Shown in pieces: positions 28,505 through 38,549 of a DNA stretch of 64,000 nucleotides. The stretch covers positions 16,500 to 80,499 of the forward strand of contig JAEUTF010000128.1 in the NCBI GenBank assembly GCA_016788185.1, given 5' to 3'. The notes under the pieces are model-generated. The model saw only the letters and a program-made list of their open reading frames with translations. It ran no database searches and had not been told where the DNA came from. Made by a program: the position numbers and the translations under genes. The stretch's first letter is position 1; every line of letters begins with the position of its first letter. The stretch comes from Bacteroidia bacterium. Its GTDB lineage: Bacteria > Bacteroidota > Bacteroidia > AKYH767-A > OLB10.

Positions 28505-28924
28505 ATGATTCAAAACTGGATTGACCCTGTTGAATTTGCATCTTTCCTGGTCAGGGTGCTGGCCGGTTTGCTGTTTTTTTTCCAGGGATACGATAAGGTT
28601 TTCAGGATTGGCATTCAGGGCGTGACGGAGGCCATTGGCCCCTCCTATAAGCGGGCAGGGCTTCCCGATTTCGTTGTAGCGATGATCTCCTTTTTAACTT
28701 CCTGGATTGAATTTCTGGGTGGTTTTTGCCTGATATTGGGCCTGTTTAAATACACCATGGTGTACCTCCTGGGGATAGACCTCTTGATTGTAGCGGCCGG
28801 AATGAGTATGATCGATCCTGTATGGGACTTGAAATTGCTCTTTCCGCGAGTTATCCTTTTGCTTTTTCTGCTGCTGATGCCTGCCGAAAGTGATATACTG
28901 TCACTGGATCATCTCATTTTTTAA
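28505..28924 (+). CDS. DoxX family membrane protein
   Basis: 139 aa with four hydrophobic helices. FLVRVLAGLLFFFQGYDKVF is a typical DoxX N-terminal motif. Confidence 0.8.
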   Translation: MIQNWIDPVEFASFLVRVLAGLLFFFQGYDKVFRIGIQGVTEAIGPSYKRAGLPDFVVAMISFLTSWIEFLGGFCLILGLFKYTMVYLLGIDLLIVAAGMSMIDPVWDLKLLFPRVILLLFLLLMPAESDILSLDHLIF

Positions 28925-28994
28925 TTAAATCAGCTCCGTCAACAGTATTTTAATTAAGATATAGCTATCAGGAACTGGTTTTTAGAAATTGAAA

Positions 28995-30032
28995 ATGAAA
29001 AAGAATACCCAGATAAACATACGGTCGAAGGTGTCCGCCATTAAATGGGTGTTGCTGTTTTCATTGGTCATCATGGCCGTGAAATTTCTGGCCTGGTACT
29101 ATTCCGGTTCCGAAGCCATCCTAAGTGATGCACTTGAGTCCCTGATCAACATTGCCACCAGTCTTTTTACCCTTTACAGTTTACTCTATGCCTCCAAACT
29201 AAAGGACAATGACCATCCGTACGGGCACGGAAAAATTGAATACCTGGCCGTTGGGTTTGAGGGTGCCTTGATTTTTGGTACAGGAATTTACATCATCGTA
29301 AATTCAATCCGGCATTTCTTTACTCCTCATGAACTGAAGGACGTTGACATGGGATTGCTGTTAACGCTCTTTTCCGCCATCGCCATGTGGTGGATCGGTC
29401 GTTTCCTGAGCAAGCGTGGAGAAGAACTCGATGCTGCGCCCTTAAAAGCCGACGGCGAACATTTCAAAGCCGATGCTCTGACCAGTATCGGACTGATCCT
29501 GGGATTGGGACTTTACAAACTGACGGGCTGGACCTGGGTAGATCCATTGCTGGCAATTCTTCTCGCACTGCTGATCATGAACAGCGGCATCCGGCTCTTG
29601 CGCGAGTCCATTGATCGCTTACTGGACAAAGCCGATCTGGCCTCCATCGAACAAATTGTAAAAAGCCTGCAGGAAAACCGGGAAGAAACCTGGATCGATA
29701 TTCACAACCTGCGCCTTCAGAAATTCGGACATTATCTGCATGTTGACTGCCACATGACGCTTCCGTTTTACCTGCAGCTAAATGAGGTGCATGACAATAT
29801 AAAAAAACTTGAAAACGCTTTAAACAGGAACCGTGTCAATCACGTGGAATTGTTCGTCCACACCGACCCCTGCCTTTTCAGCAACTGCAGCATTTGCCAG
29901 GTGAAAACGTGCACGTTCAGGCAATCTGCCTTTGTACGAAAACTCGACTGGACCACCGAGAATCTCATGCTGAATAAAAAACACTATCTTCCCGGTGAAA
30001 CTTACAATGATATCCATCTCAATCATCCATAA
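28995..30032 (+). CDS. Cation diffusion facilitator (CDF) family metal efflux transporter
   Basis: Six TM helices. SDALESLIN (TM2) and HFKADALTS (TM5) metal-site motifs. Cytoplasmic C-terminal domain plus a Cys-rich tail. ATG at 28995 is preferred to the TTG at 28989. Confidence 0.9.
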   Translation: MKKNTQINIRSKVSAIKWVLLFSLVIMAVKFLAWYYSGSEAILSDALESLINIATSLFTLYSLLYASKLKDNDHPYGHGKIEYLAVGFEGALIFGTGIYIIVNSIRHFFTPHELKDVDMGLLLTLFSAIAMWWIGRFLSKRGEELDAAPLKADGEHFKADALTSIGLILGLGLYKLTGWTWVDPLLAILLALLIMNSGIRLLRESIDRLLDKADLASIEQIVKSLQENREETWIDIHNLRLQKFGHYLHVDCHMTLPFYLQLNEVHDNIKKLENALNRNRVNHVELFVHTDPCLFSNCSICQVKTCTFRQSAFVRKLDWTTENLMLNKKHYLPGETYNDIHLNHP

Positions 30033-30034
30033 AC

Positions 30035-30868
30035 ATGAAAACCATCTTATGCCCGACTGATTTCTCAAAAAGTTCGGAGAATGCTGTCAAGTATGCCATT
30101 GACCTTGCCAGGCTTTTTAAAAGCAAAATCCTGCTTATGCATGCCTATGAAACGCCTGTTATTTACACGGACGTTACCGTTTCCAGCGTTCAACTCGATT
30201 TTGAGATGCTGCGTGAAGCCGCTTTAAAGCAATTAAAGAAATTCTATGCGAAAATGCTGGAGCATACCAAGGATGTTCAGTTCGAACTCATCCTTCAGCA
30301 GGGATTGCCATCGGCCCGCACCATTGAAATTGCCATTGAAAAAAAGGCCGATATGATCGTTATGGCGAGCACGGCATCCACCCAGGTTCAGCGGTTTCTG
30401 ATTGGCAGCAATGCCACCCGGGTGGTGAGGGATGCGCCCTGCAAAGTGATGCTGGTACCGCCAAAGGCCAGATTCAGCGGCATGAAAAAAATTGTATTCA
30501 GTACAGATCTCAGCGAAGAAAACCTGATCGCCTCCAACCAGGTAGCCAACTTCGCACAAATGTTTAAATCCGAACTGGTTTTCCTCAATGTGGATAACAA
30601 AAGCCTCGTTCACGACGAATCGGATTTATCCAGGGTCACCCACCGCATCCGACAGTATGTGCAATACCCTAAAATGAAAGGGTACGTATGTACCGATCTG
30701 AATATAGCCGATGGCATCACCTTTTTCCTCAAGAATGAAAAGGCGGATTGCCTGGCCATGGCCACTCACCACCGAAAGTTTCTTCAGGCGATTGCCAACC
30801 CCAGCATCACCAAAAGGGTATCCTACCGGACCGATATCCCGCTGTTGATTATTCACCTTGAACACTGA
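30035..30868 (+). CDS. Universal stress protein, tandem UspA domains
   Basis: 277 aa. Two Usp repeats, each starting KxIL/VFxTDFS and ending ...RKFL...G/NPS.T..V....D.P.L.I. Confidence 0.88.
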   Translation: MKTILCPTDFSKSSENAVKYAIDLARLFKSKILLMHAYETPVIYTDVTVSSVQLDFEMLREAALKQLKKFYAKMLEHTKDVQFELILQQGLPSARTIEIAIEKKADMIVMASTASTQVQRFLIGSNATRVVRDAPCKVMLVPPKARFSGMKKIVFSTDLSEENLIASNQVANFAQMFKSELVFLNVDNKSLVHDESDLSRVTHRIRQYVQYPKMKGYVCTDLNIADGITFFLKNEKADCLAMATHHRKFLQAIANPSITKRVSYRTDIPLLIIHLEH

Positions 30869-30882
30869 TCACGGTTGTCGTT

Positions 30883-30917
30883 AAAAAAGGGAAAGCGGGA
30901 TCCGCTTTCCCTTTTTT
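30883..30917. terminator. Bidirectional terminator hairpin between convergent usp and the lolD-like gene
   Basis: 15-bp stem aaaaagggaaagcgg / ccgctttcccttttt flanked by A-run and T-run, so it can serve both strands. Confidence 0.8.
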
Positions 30918-31601
30918 TCAGGCTAAGCCGGTACTTCCTGAGGTCACAGCCGAAATCCTTCCGTCGGTCATGGTCAGTTTTCTGTCGGCCATTTCGGCCA
31001 GCTCCGCGTTATGTGTCACAATAATAAAAGTTTGATTGAGCTTTTCTCTCAGTTCAAAAAAGAGCTTGTGCAGGGCTTTTGCATTGACGGAGTCGAGGTT
31101 TCCGCTGGGCTCATCGGCGAGAATGAGGTATGGTTTATTCATCAAAGCGCGTGCGATGGCTATGCGTTGTTGTTCTCCACCGCTTAACTGCGAAGGCTTG
31201 TGCTCCTTTCGCGACATCATGCCCAGCAAATCCAGTAACTGATCCGCCCGTTCCGCCGCTTCCTCAAAGCTCTTTCCCTCGATGAGGGCCGGCATACAAA
31301 CATTTTCGAAAGCCGTGAATTCGGGCAATAACTGATGAAACTGAAAAATAAAACCAATATGTCTGTTCCGGAATTGCGCCAGCCTGCGCCCCTTCAATTG
31401 CTGTATTTCCTGCCCGTTCACCGTAATAATGCCCTGGTCGGGTTGATCCAGAGTGCCTAAAAGATGAAGCAGGGTGCTTTTGCCTGCCCCGGATGCTCCG
31501 ACAATGGAAACCACTTCACCCGCTTTAATCTCAAGGTCAATCCCTTTCAACACCTGGAGTGCTCCGTATGATTTTTCGATTCCCTTGGCAGTAACCAGCA
31601 T
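30918..31601 (-). CDS. ABC transporter ATP-binding protein, LolD/MacB-type
   Basis: Walker A GASGAGKST, signature LSGGEQQRIAIARAL, Walker B ILADEPSGNLD, and the FIFQ.hqLlpefTa.eNv LolD-like motif. Confidence 0.9.
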   Translation of the reverse strand: MLVTAKGIEKSYGALQVLKGIDLEIKAGEVVSIVGASGAGKSTLLHLLGTLDQPDQGIITVNGQEIQQLKGRRLAQFRNRHIGFIFQFHQLLPEFTAFENVCMPALIEGKSFEEAAERADQLLDLLGMMSRKEHKPSQLSGGEQQRIAIARALMNKPYLILADEPSGNLDSVNAKALHKLFFELREKLNQTFIIVTHNAELAEMADRKLTMTDGRISAVTSGSTGLA

Positions 31602-31787
31602 GCGGCAAATATAGGAAAATGCCAGGCCTGGCTGTACCGGAGGGTGGTCGCTGGCGGCCTAACGGAGAAGCAGAGGTAAATGCTCTTGATACTACTTAAA
31701 GAAGGAGAGAAAATCGCACATTGTTCAGAACGAAGTTCCGGCAGGCAAAAAATAAGCGGGATTCCACCTATTTTTGCAAGCGTGGAA

Positions 31788-33872
31788 ATGGCTCTGATTC
31801 TTTCATACCCCTGGTGGTATATCCTGTTTTGCCTTGCGGCAGGTGCCGTGTATTCCTGGATCATGTACAGAAAGGAACCGCTGCTGAACGAAACGTCTTC
31901 CACCCTGAAACGGATTTTGCCGGCGGCTCGCTTTTTATCGGTCAGCCTTCTGGCCTTTTTACTGCTGGGCCCTATGATCCGTACATTTTCCAGAGAAGTG
32001 GAAAAGCCGATCATTCTGCTTGCTGTGGATGAATCCAGGTCCATCGTCAACCGGAAGGATTCGTCGGAAACCCGGGCACAAATCAGGGCTGAATTTGATA
32101 AACTAAAGAAGGAATTATCGGCTGATTTTGATGTCCGCAGCTATGCCTTCGGCGACCATGTCAGTGAAAATCCCGTTTTCAGGTTTGATCAACGATTAAC
32201 CGATTTCAGCCAGTTGTACAATTATCTGGATGTACAGTTTTCGAACCGGAATGTGGGGGCGATGGTGATCGCCTCCGATGGACTGTTCAACGAAGGTGCC
32301 AGCCCCGTGTATGGCCCTTCCAGGTTAAAAATACCGGTGTACAGCCTGGCACTTGGCGACACCACCATTCGCCGGGATCTTTTCATTTCTTCCGTCAACC
32401 ACAATAAAATCGCTTTTCTCGGGAACAGTTTCCCTCTTGAAATCATTGTAGATGCACGGCAAGCCGCCGGCAGGCGAAGTACCCTGAGTGTGGAGGAAGA
32501 CAGTAGCATTTTATTCAGTAAATCGCTGGACATTACCGGCAACAATTATCATCTGTCTGTACCGGTTTTCATGGATGCCAAAACAAAGGGCATTCACCAC
32601 TACAGAATAAAACTCAGCCCGGTGGATGGAGAGGCTACGGAGGTCAACAATACCCGCGACATTTTTGTAGAGGTCATAGAACAGAAGCAGAAGGTCTTGC
32701 TTTTATTCGCTTCCCCGAATCCTGATGTTTCGGCCATCCGCCAGAGCCTTGAAAGCAGCCTGAATTACGAGGTCATTACGATGCCGCAGGCTGAATTTAC
32801 GGGTCGGGCGGGGGACTTCAACCTGGTGGTTTTGCACAATCTCCCGTCTGGTGGAGGAAATGAAACCTCCGTCCTGGAAAAGATAAACGAAAGCGGAGTC
32901 AGTGCCTGGTATATTCTCGGATCAGGAACAAATATAGAGGCCTTGAACAAAGCCGGTGCAGGAATAAGCATCAGCCAGGCCAATGGTCAGCTCAACGATG
33001 TGCAGGCTTCCCTTGCCTCCAACTTCAGTTTGTTTACCCTGTCCGATGCCCTGAAAAACAAAGTGGAAGCATGGCCTCCCCTGAAATCGCCGTTTGGCGT
33101 TTACCAGGCCGGGACCAATATCTATCCCCTGTTTAATCAGAAAATCGGCATCGTAAGTACGGCACAGCCTCTGTTGTTCTTCCATGAGCAGAATGGAAGA
33201 AAAGTAGCGGTGTTGGCGGGAGAAGGACTCTGGAGATGGCGGCTTGCCGATTTCAACGAACAGGGGAATCATCAGCTCAGCCAGGAATTGATCTGGAGTA
33301 TCACGCAATATCTGTCGGTGAAGGAAAACAGGAGCCCTTTTAAATTCAAGGCCCGGAGCAATTACAGGGAGAATGAACCTCTGGTTTTTGACGCACAATT
33401 GTACAACCAGAGCGACCAGTTGATTAACCAGCCGGAGGTATTCGTCCGGATCACGAACAGGCAAGGGAAAGAGTTTCAGTTTACCATGTCTAAAACCGAA
33501 AAAGCCTATACCTTGAACAGCGGTATTTTTCCTGTTGGCAATTACCGGTTTAAAGCCGAAGTGAAACTTGGCGATCAGGTATACTCCCATCAGGGTGAAT
33601 TCAGCGTCAGCGCCCTGCAACTTGAAACCGCCAATACCGTGGCCGATCATCAGTTGCTGAATGCATTGGCCGCTCAAACCGGGGCTGCGGTATTTTATCC
33701 CGGAAAAACGGATGAACTGATCAGGTCCATTCAATCAAACGAGAACCTGAAAAGCATTTCATTCATGCACAAGAAACTGGAGGATCTCTTAAATGAACCC
33801 TGGTTTTTTATCCTGCTGGTGGTTTTGATATCGACCGAATGGTTTATCCGCAAGCGTACTGGATCCTACTGA
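31788..33872 (+). CDS. Membrane-anchored hypothetical protein with vWA-like N-terminal region
   Basis: Two N-terminal TM helices, a vWA-like ILLAVDESRSI segment, a large extracytoplasmic region and a C-terminal TM (FFILLVVLISTEWFIRKR). ATG at 31788 is preferred to the upstream alternative start. Confidence 0.7.
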   Translation: MALILSYPWWYILFCLAAGAVYSWIMYRKEPLLNETSSTLKRILPAARFLSVSLLAFLLLGPMIRTFSREVEKPIILLAVDESRSIVNRKDSSETRAQIRAEFDKLKKELSADFDVRSYAFGDHVSENPVFRFDQRLTDFSQLYNYLDVQFSNRNVGAMVIASDGLFNEGASPVYGPSRLKIPVYSLALGDTTIRRDLFISSVNHNKIAFLGNSFPLEIIVDARQAAGRRSTLSVEEDSSILFSKSLDITGNNYHLSVPVFMDAKTKGIHHYRIKLSPVDGEATEVNNTRDIFVEVIEQKQKVLLLFASPNPDVSAIRQSLESSLNYEVITMPQAEFTGRAGDFNLVVLHNLPSGGGNETSVLEKINESGVSAWYILGSGTNIEALNKAGAGISISQANGQLNDVQASLASNFSLFTLSDALKNKVEAWPPLKSPFGVYQAGTNIYPLFNQKIGIVSTAQPLLFFHEQNGRKVAVLAGEGLWRWRLADFNEQGNHQLSQELIWSITQYLSVKENRSPFKFKARSNYRENEPLVFDAQLYNQSDQLINQPEVFVRITNRQGKEFQFTMSKTEKAYTLNSGIFPVGNYRFKAEVKLGDQVYSHQGEFSVSALQLETANTVADHQLLNALAAQTGAAVFYPGKTDELIRSIQSNENLKSISFMHKKLEDLLNEPWFFILLVVLISTEWFIRKRTGSY

Positions 33873-34573
33873 TAAGCACCAGCCGGCAGTTGTTCATCTC
33901 CCAGGAAATAAGGGTCTCTGTCGAAAAGATACAGGTCCAGTACCATCGCCACCCTGGCAAAGTACTCACGGAAAAGCACCATAAGCTGAAAGTCCCGGGG
34001 TGGATCTTTTGCGATATAGGCAATGGCATCCATGTGGTGATGCCGGGCGATACAAACGGCCCTTTTTACATGAAAGGCCTGTGAAATGATCAGGATTTTC
34101 TTCAACTTGAAAACCTTTTTACAGCGCACCACAGAATCCAATGTACGGAAACCGGCAAAATCCATGAATATAACGCTGTCGGGAATACCCATCCGGAGCA
34201 GGTCCCTTCTCATTTCACGCGGTTCATTGTACGAGAAAAAGCGGTTGTCACCGCTTAATATCAGATAACGCACCTTTCCGGAAAAATACAAGGCCTTTGC
34301 CGCCTGGATACGCTGCCTGAAAAATGGATTTTGCCTGCCGCTCGAAAGGTAACGGCTCGTACCCAGAAGCAATCCAGCACTCCTGGGAGGAATCTTGTTC
34401 AGATCAGTATAGATGTATCCGTAAGAAGCGGATTCAACCAGACGGTAACTAAAATAGATCATACCGGCAGTAAGCATCCCCGTGAGAACAACGAAGACCA
34501 GGAGGAGTCGACGCTTCCTTTTCAAAAACAAAAGAAAAGCCTTGGTTGAGTTCCTGAAATTCAGTCGGTACAT
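33866..34573 (-). CDS. SanA/ElyC/YdcF (DUF218) family envelope protein
   Basis: N-terminal TM, then LLGTSRY...NPFF..RI.AA..LY..GKV..LILSGDN....YNEP..M...L...GIP. Confidence 0.85.
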   Translation of the reverse strand: MYRLNFRNSTKAFLLFLKRKRRLLLVFVVLTGMLTAGMIYFSYRLVESASYGYIYTDLNKIPPRSAGLLLGTSRYLSSGRQNPFFRQRIQAAKALYFSGKVRYLILSGDNRFFSYNEPREMRRDLLRMGIPDSVIFMDFAGFRTLDSVVRCKKVFKLKKILIISQAFHVKRAVCIARHHHMDAIAYIAKDPPRDFQLMVLFREYFARVAMVLDLYLFDRDPYFLGDEQLPAGAYQ

Positions 34574-34660
34574 GAGCCTCTAAAATTCAGGAAAAAAATC
34601 AACACGGGGTTAAAGTTCCGGAGAATCATTGGTACCGACAGATCCGGGAGAAAATTTCCA

Positions 34661-35212
34661 TTATCTTTCGATTGAACCCTCGTCCTGCATTTCCTTGCCT
34701 TTTACTTTTAAGATGCGCAGGGCGATTGCAAGGATCAAAAGCATCAGGAAAATAAGGGAAGGGAAGAGTCTGAAAGTCCAGACGTGCCAAACACCATATT
34801 CCCGGATGGTATCGGTAAGCAGAAAAGCCAAAGAAAGAAAAAGCAGGGAGGGCAATAACTCTATGAAGCGGAAGAAGGGAGTATTAAACTTTTTTCGCTC
34901 CTTATCCTGAATCCAGTTAGCGAGCCTGTTCCTCAACAGATAAAGAATCAAAAGAAATACAGGGCTTCCGATACTGTGCATGGCGTAAAGGACAGGACCA
35001 AAGAACATCTCCACCTGGAAACGATCACGCTTTTCCCAGCCGGAGCGGCTCCAGCATGCCCTTAAAAAGCAGGATAACGAATACACTATGGCAAGGCCGG
35101 AAAGCACCATGGCTTTCAGACGGTGAACCATGGCGTAGTTGGCCAGGTAGGCAAGCAGGGCTGACAGCAGAACTAAAAAACTAAATACCAGTATTTTACG
35201 ATTATTCCTCAT
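34661..35212 (-). CDS. Hypothetical polytopic membrane protein
   Basis: 183 aa with about five hydrophobic helices and no recognisable motif. Confidence 0.65.
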   Translation of the reverse strand: MRNNRKILVFSFLVLLSALLAYLANYAMVHRLKAMVLSGLAIVYSLSCFLRACWSRSGWEKRDRFQVEMFFGPVLYAMHSIGSPVFLLILYLLRNRLANWIQDKERKKFNTPFFRFIELLPSLLFLSLAFLLTDTIREYGVWHVWTFRLFPSLIFLMLLILAIALRILKVKGKEMQDEGSIER

Positions 35213-35329
35213 GAACAGGCTTTATCGAAATGCAATGGATATAATTCATCAGGCGCCAAGATAATCGTTTTAAATTTTAACTATATTTCGACCGATTCGG
35301 ATTGAAAATTACCTAGACCAGATTTAACT

Positions 35330-36415
35330 ATGGCGTCTGTAAAAAGTAAAAAGGCGGCTACGACAAAAAAAGCGGCAAAAAAATCTGCTTCGGCCAAGGC
35401 GCTGAAGCCAAAGGCTAAAGCATCAAAGAAAAAGCTGGTTAAAAAAGCTGCAGCTCCCAAAAAGCAAATTAAAAAAGTTGCAGGCAAGAAGGCACCTGCG
35501 GTAAAAAAATCCAAAGTCTCCGCAAAGAAGGCCGCTCCTAAAAAAGCAGTAAAGTCATCTAAAGCCCCGAAAGCCGCTAATGGCATATCAAAGCAGGCAC
35601 CAAAAAGTAAAAAAGCGCTTCCCGTTAAGGTGAAGTCAGCCCCTGTCAAAGTCAAATCCTTGCCGGCTAAAGCCAGCTCACCTTTGAAAGTGCCCGTTTC
35701 TGTCAAAGGAAAAGAAAAAGGGAAAGAAAAATCAAAAGACAAAATCAAGGATAAGGTAAAACCGGTAAAAGCGGCTGCATCGCTCCAAAAAACACCGTCC
35801 TCAGCAGAGAAGAAAAAGGAGAATCAGGCAAAGCCTGCGGATGTAAACTCCCGTAAAAAACAGAGCAGCGAGGCGATAGAACCATTGCAGGCGAAAGCGG
35901 AAAAGGCAATCAAAGAACTGGAAGAGCGGATGGACCTGAGTAAAATGAGGCCCAGGATTCAGGCTGGCACCGGTCATCTGAAACCATTGCACAAACCGGT
36001 TCTGCCATTGCCCAAACTGCCCGAACCAACCAACACCACCAAAGAAAAGTTTCAACTGGAATTCGAATTCCGCTCATCGCCGAAAATCCTGTTTACTTCC
36101 CTGAGCGACTCCAGCGGTTTAGCCGGATGGTTTGCCGATGAAGTGCATACCAAGGACGATGTGTATACCTTCGTTTGGGAAGGAGGGGAGTCGCTTGCCA
36201 AGCTCATTGCGCTCAGAGACCTGCAACTGGTGCGCTTTCAATGGCTGGACGATACCGATGGAACATATTTTCAGTTTGAAATCAAAGAAGACGATATCAC
36301 CTCTGACATCGCCCTGGTCATCACTGATTTTGCCAATCCCGGTGAAAGGGAAACCAATATCCGGCTTTGGGAATCACAGGTGCAGAAATTGCGGATGCTC
36401 CTGGGCAGCCTTTAG
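35330..36415 (+). CDS. Histone-H1-like Lys/Ala-rich protein fused to a START/AHSA1-like (SRPBCC) C-terminal domain
   Basis: The first ~190 aa are AKK/PKK low-complexity (KKAAKKSASAKALKPKAKASKKKLVKKAAAPKK...). The last ~125 aa (FQLEFEFRSSPKILFTSLSDSSGLAGWFADEV...VRFQW...YFQFEI...) look like a START-like fold. Confidence 0.75.
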   Translation: MASVKSKKAATTKKAAKKSASAKALKPKAKASKKKLVKKAAAPKKQIKKVAGKKAPAVKKSKVSAKKAAPKKAVKSSKAPKAANGISKQAPKSKKALPVKVKSAPVKVKSLPAKASSPLKVPVSVKGKEKGKEKSKDKIKDKVKPVKAAASLQKTPSSAEKKKENQAKPADVNSRKKQSSEAIEPLQAKAEKAIKELEERMDLSKMRPRIQAGTGHLKPLHKPVLPLPKLPEPTNTTKEKFQLEFEFRSSPKILFTSLSDSSGLAGWFADEVHTKDDVYTFVWEGGESLAKLIALRDLQLVRFQWLDDTDGTYFQFEIKEDDITSDIALVITDFANPGERETNIRLWESQVQKLRMLLGSL

Positions 36416-36446
36416 GCCGGGCCAGCATTTCAAAGCAGGCCGGATT

Positions 36447-37061
36447 TTAATCCTTCTTCAAAGCGTTCAGCAAGAGGCGGACATTTTCCGCCACCTTCTC
36501 AGGAAAGAACTCCCAGTCGTCGAATTGAAATTTTTTCATGAACTTTAAAAAGCCATGTTGCAAAAAATGGTTTTTTACGGCATTTTCCACGTCTGAAAGT
36601 TCAGAGAGGGGAATGTAATTCACCTTGTCATAATGATGCTGCCATTGATCCGCCTGCTGGCAGGTATAAAACTCCGACCTTACAAGTTCCGGCAGATGCT
36701 GCAGCAGAGAAGGAAGATGCTCACTTGCATATTTTCCCGATACGTGCAGGGTCAGGCTGAATCCGTGTCCCCACCAGCACAGGGTCCGTACAGCAAAAAC
36801 ATCTTCTTTCCCGAAGAGCCGCGGATAATCCAGAATCTGCCATGGAAATCCGAGGTAATTTTCACCCCTGCTTATTTTGGGAGGCACCTTCAGAAGGTCT
36901 TCTTTCGAAAAAAGACCGGATTGCCTGATTTCAATGTCAAGATGCGGAATACAGGCCGCCAGCAATTGTTCAACTTTCGCATGCAGACTTTTCTTCACCA
37001 GAAACAGTTCCCTGTTCTTTAACAGGTCCATTTCAATTTTTTCCGGTCTTTGCAATGACAT
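36447..37061 (-). CDS. Hypothetical cytoplasmic protein
   Basis: 204-aa ORF, convergent with the previous gene, with no recognisable motif. Confidence 0.6.
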   Translation of the reverse strand: MSLQRPEKIEMDLLKNRELFLVKKSLHAKVEQLLAACIPHLDIEIRQSGLFSKEDLLKVPPKISRGENYLGFPWQILDYPRLFGKEDVFAVRTLCWWGHGFSLTLHVSGKYASEHLPSLLQHLPELVRSEFYTCQQADQWQHHYDKVNYIPLSELSDVENAVKNHFLQHGFLKFMKKFQFDDWEFFPEKVAENVRLLLNALKKD

Positions 37062-37118
37062 GGATAAGATAATTCGCCAAACTTAGGGTATTTTTGTATT
37101 TCGAAACCTCCTCCGACC

Positions 37119-38540
37119 TTGAAGAAACTTCATGCCCTTATTCTAAAATCCTTCATCGGGCCATTCTTCATGACCTTTTTCATTTCACTTTTTGTCCTGC
37201 TGATGCAATTTCTCTGGAAATACATCGATGATCTGGTTGGAAAAGGGCTCGACGGACTTGTCATCGCTGAATTGCTCTTCTATACTACCGCTAACTTGGT
37301 ACCCCTGGCCTTGCCCTTAGCCATCCTGGTATCCTCCATCATGACCTTCGGCAACCTGGCCGAACATTTTGAACTCACGGCTGCCAAAGCCGCCGGAGTA
37401 TCGCTGCAAAGAATCATGCTTCCGTTGTTGTTTACCGCCATCCTGATCAGTGTTTCGGCCTTCTTCTTTTCCAATAATATTTTGCCCTTTACCAATCTGA
37501 AGATGGGATCATTGCTCTACGATATACGCCAGCAAAAGCCCGCCTTATCTATCCGTGAGGGGGTGTTTTACAATGGTATTGAAGGCTACAGCATCAAGGT
37601 GGGCGACAAAGATGAGGATGGAAAAACCATCCGGAACGTAATGATTTACGACCATACCGGCGGAACGGGAAACAGGAAAGTAGTGATGGCTGAAAGCGGC
37701 AAAATGGAGTCCACCAACGATCAGCGTTTTTTGATCCTCACCCTCTTCAACGGCAGCAGCTACGAAGAACACAGCCGGAACAGGGGCGGAATAGATACTC
37801 ACCCGCTCATGCGGAATTCTTTCAAAGAATACATCATCCGCTTTGATCTCTCACAGTTTAAACTGAACAGGACCAACGAAGAGTTGTTCAAGGGCGGTCA
37901 TCAGATGATGAATCTGAAACAACTGAGCCTGGCGGTGGACAGCCTGGGGCTGGAAAACTCCAGAAGAGAAAGCCTGGTGGCCATGAACATGCAGCACTAC
38001 TTTCTTTTCCTGCGCGACTCGGTCCGGTTCAAGACGAAGGTAAAATCCGGAGCCCTGGTACAATTGCTCAACGACACCAACCCGAAAGGGAATATACAAT
38101 TGCTCGAAAATGCGCAAAACCAGGCGCGCACGATACAGAATTTTATTCTGGGCATAAAGGATGAAAAAGATTCAAGATCGTATCAGATGGCCCGGTTTAA
38201 GGTGGAATGGCACCGGAAACTCACCCTCTCGGCCGCCTGTTTTATCCTTTTTCTGATCGGAGCGCCCCTGGGCGCGATCATTCGCAAAGGAGGGATGGGC
38301 CTGCCCCTGGTCATCTCCATAATTTTCTTTCTCGCGTATCACATCACCAGCATCACGGGCGAAAAATTTGCCAAAGAAAGTATCATTCCCGCCTGGCGCG
38401 GGATGTGGCTTTCGTCCATGATCCTGTTGCCGGTGGGCCTGTTTCTTATTTATAAAGCCACACATGATTCCGTTATTTTCGACCGCGATGCCTACCTGGG
38501 ATTCCTGCGAAGATTATGGAAAAAAAACACCGGTAAATAA
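37119..38540 (+). CDS. LptF/LptG family LPS export permease
   Basis: TTG start giving MKKLHALILKSFIGPFFMTFFISLFVLLMQ, the canonical YjgP/YjgQ N-terminus. Three N-terminal TMs, a periplasmic beta-jellyroll region and three C-terminal TMs. Confidence 0.88.
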   Translation: MKKLHALILKSFIGPFFMTFFISLFVLLMQFLWKYIDDLVGKGLDGLVIAELLFYTTANLVPLALPLAILVSSIMTFGNLAEHFELTAAKAAGVSLQRIMLPLLFTAILISVSAFFFSNNILPFTNLKMGSLLYDIRQQKPALSIREGVFYNGIEGYSIKVGDKDEDGKTIRNVMIYDHTGGTGNRKVVMAESGKMESTNDQRFLILTLFNGSSYEEHSRNRGGIDTHPLMRNSFKEYIIRFDLSQFKLNRTNEELFKGGHQMMNLKQLSLAVDSLGLENSRRESLVAMNMQHYFLFLRDSVRFKTKVKSGALVQLLNDTNPKGNIQLLENAQNQARTIQNFILGIKDEKDSRSYQMARFKVEWHRKLTLSAACFILFLIGAPLGAIIRKGGMGLPLVISIIFFLAYHITSITGEKFAKESIIPAWRGMWLSSMILLPVGLFLIYKATHDSVIFDRDAYLGFLRRLWKKNTGK

Positions 38541-38549
38541 TTCCGAGCC

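Noticed and set aside
35281-35748. 155-aa Phe/Ala/Leu-rich ORF on the minus strand
   Set aside because: It is a compositional mirror of the AAR/GCN-rich Lys/Ala region of the plus-strand gene (AAA/AAG read as TTT/CTT). The plus-strand ORF continues into a folded C-terminal domain and is the better model.
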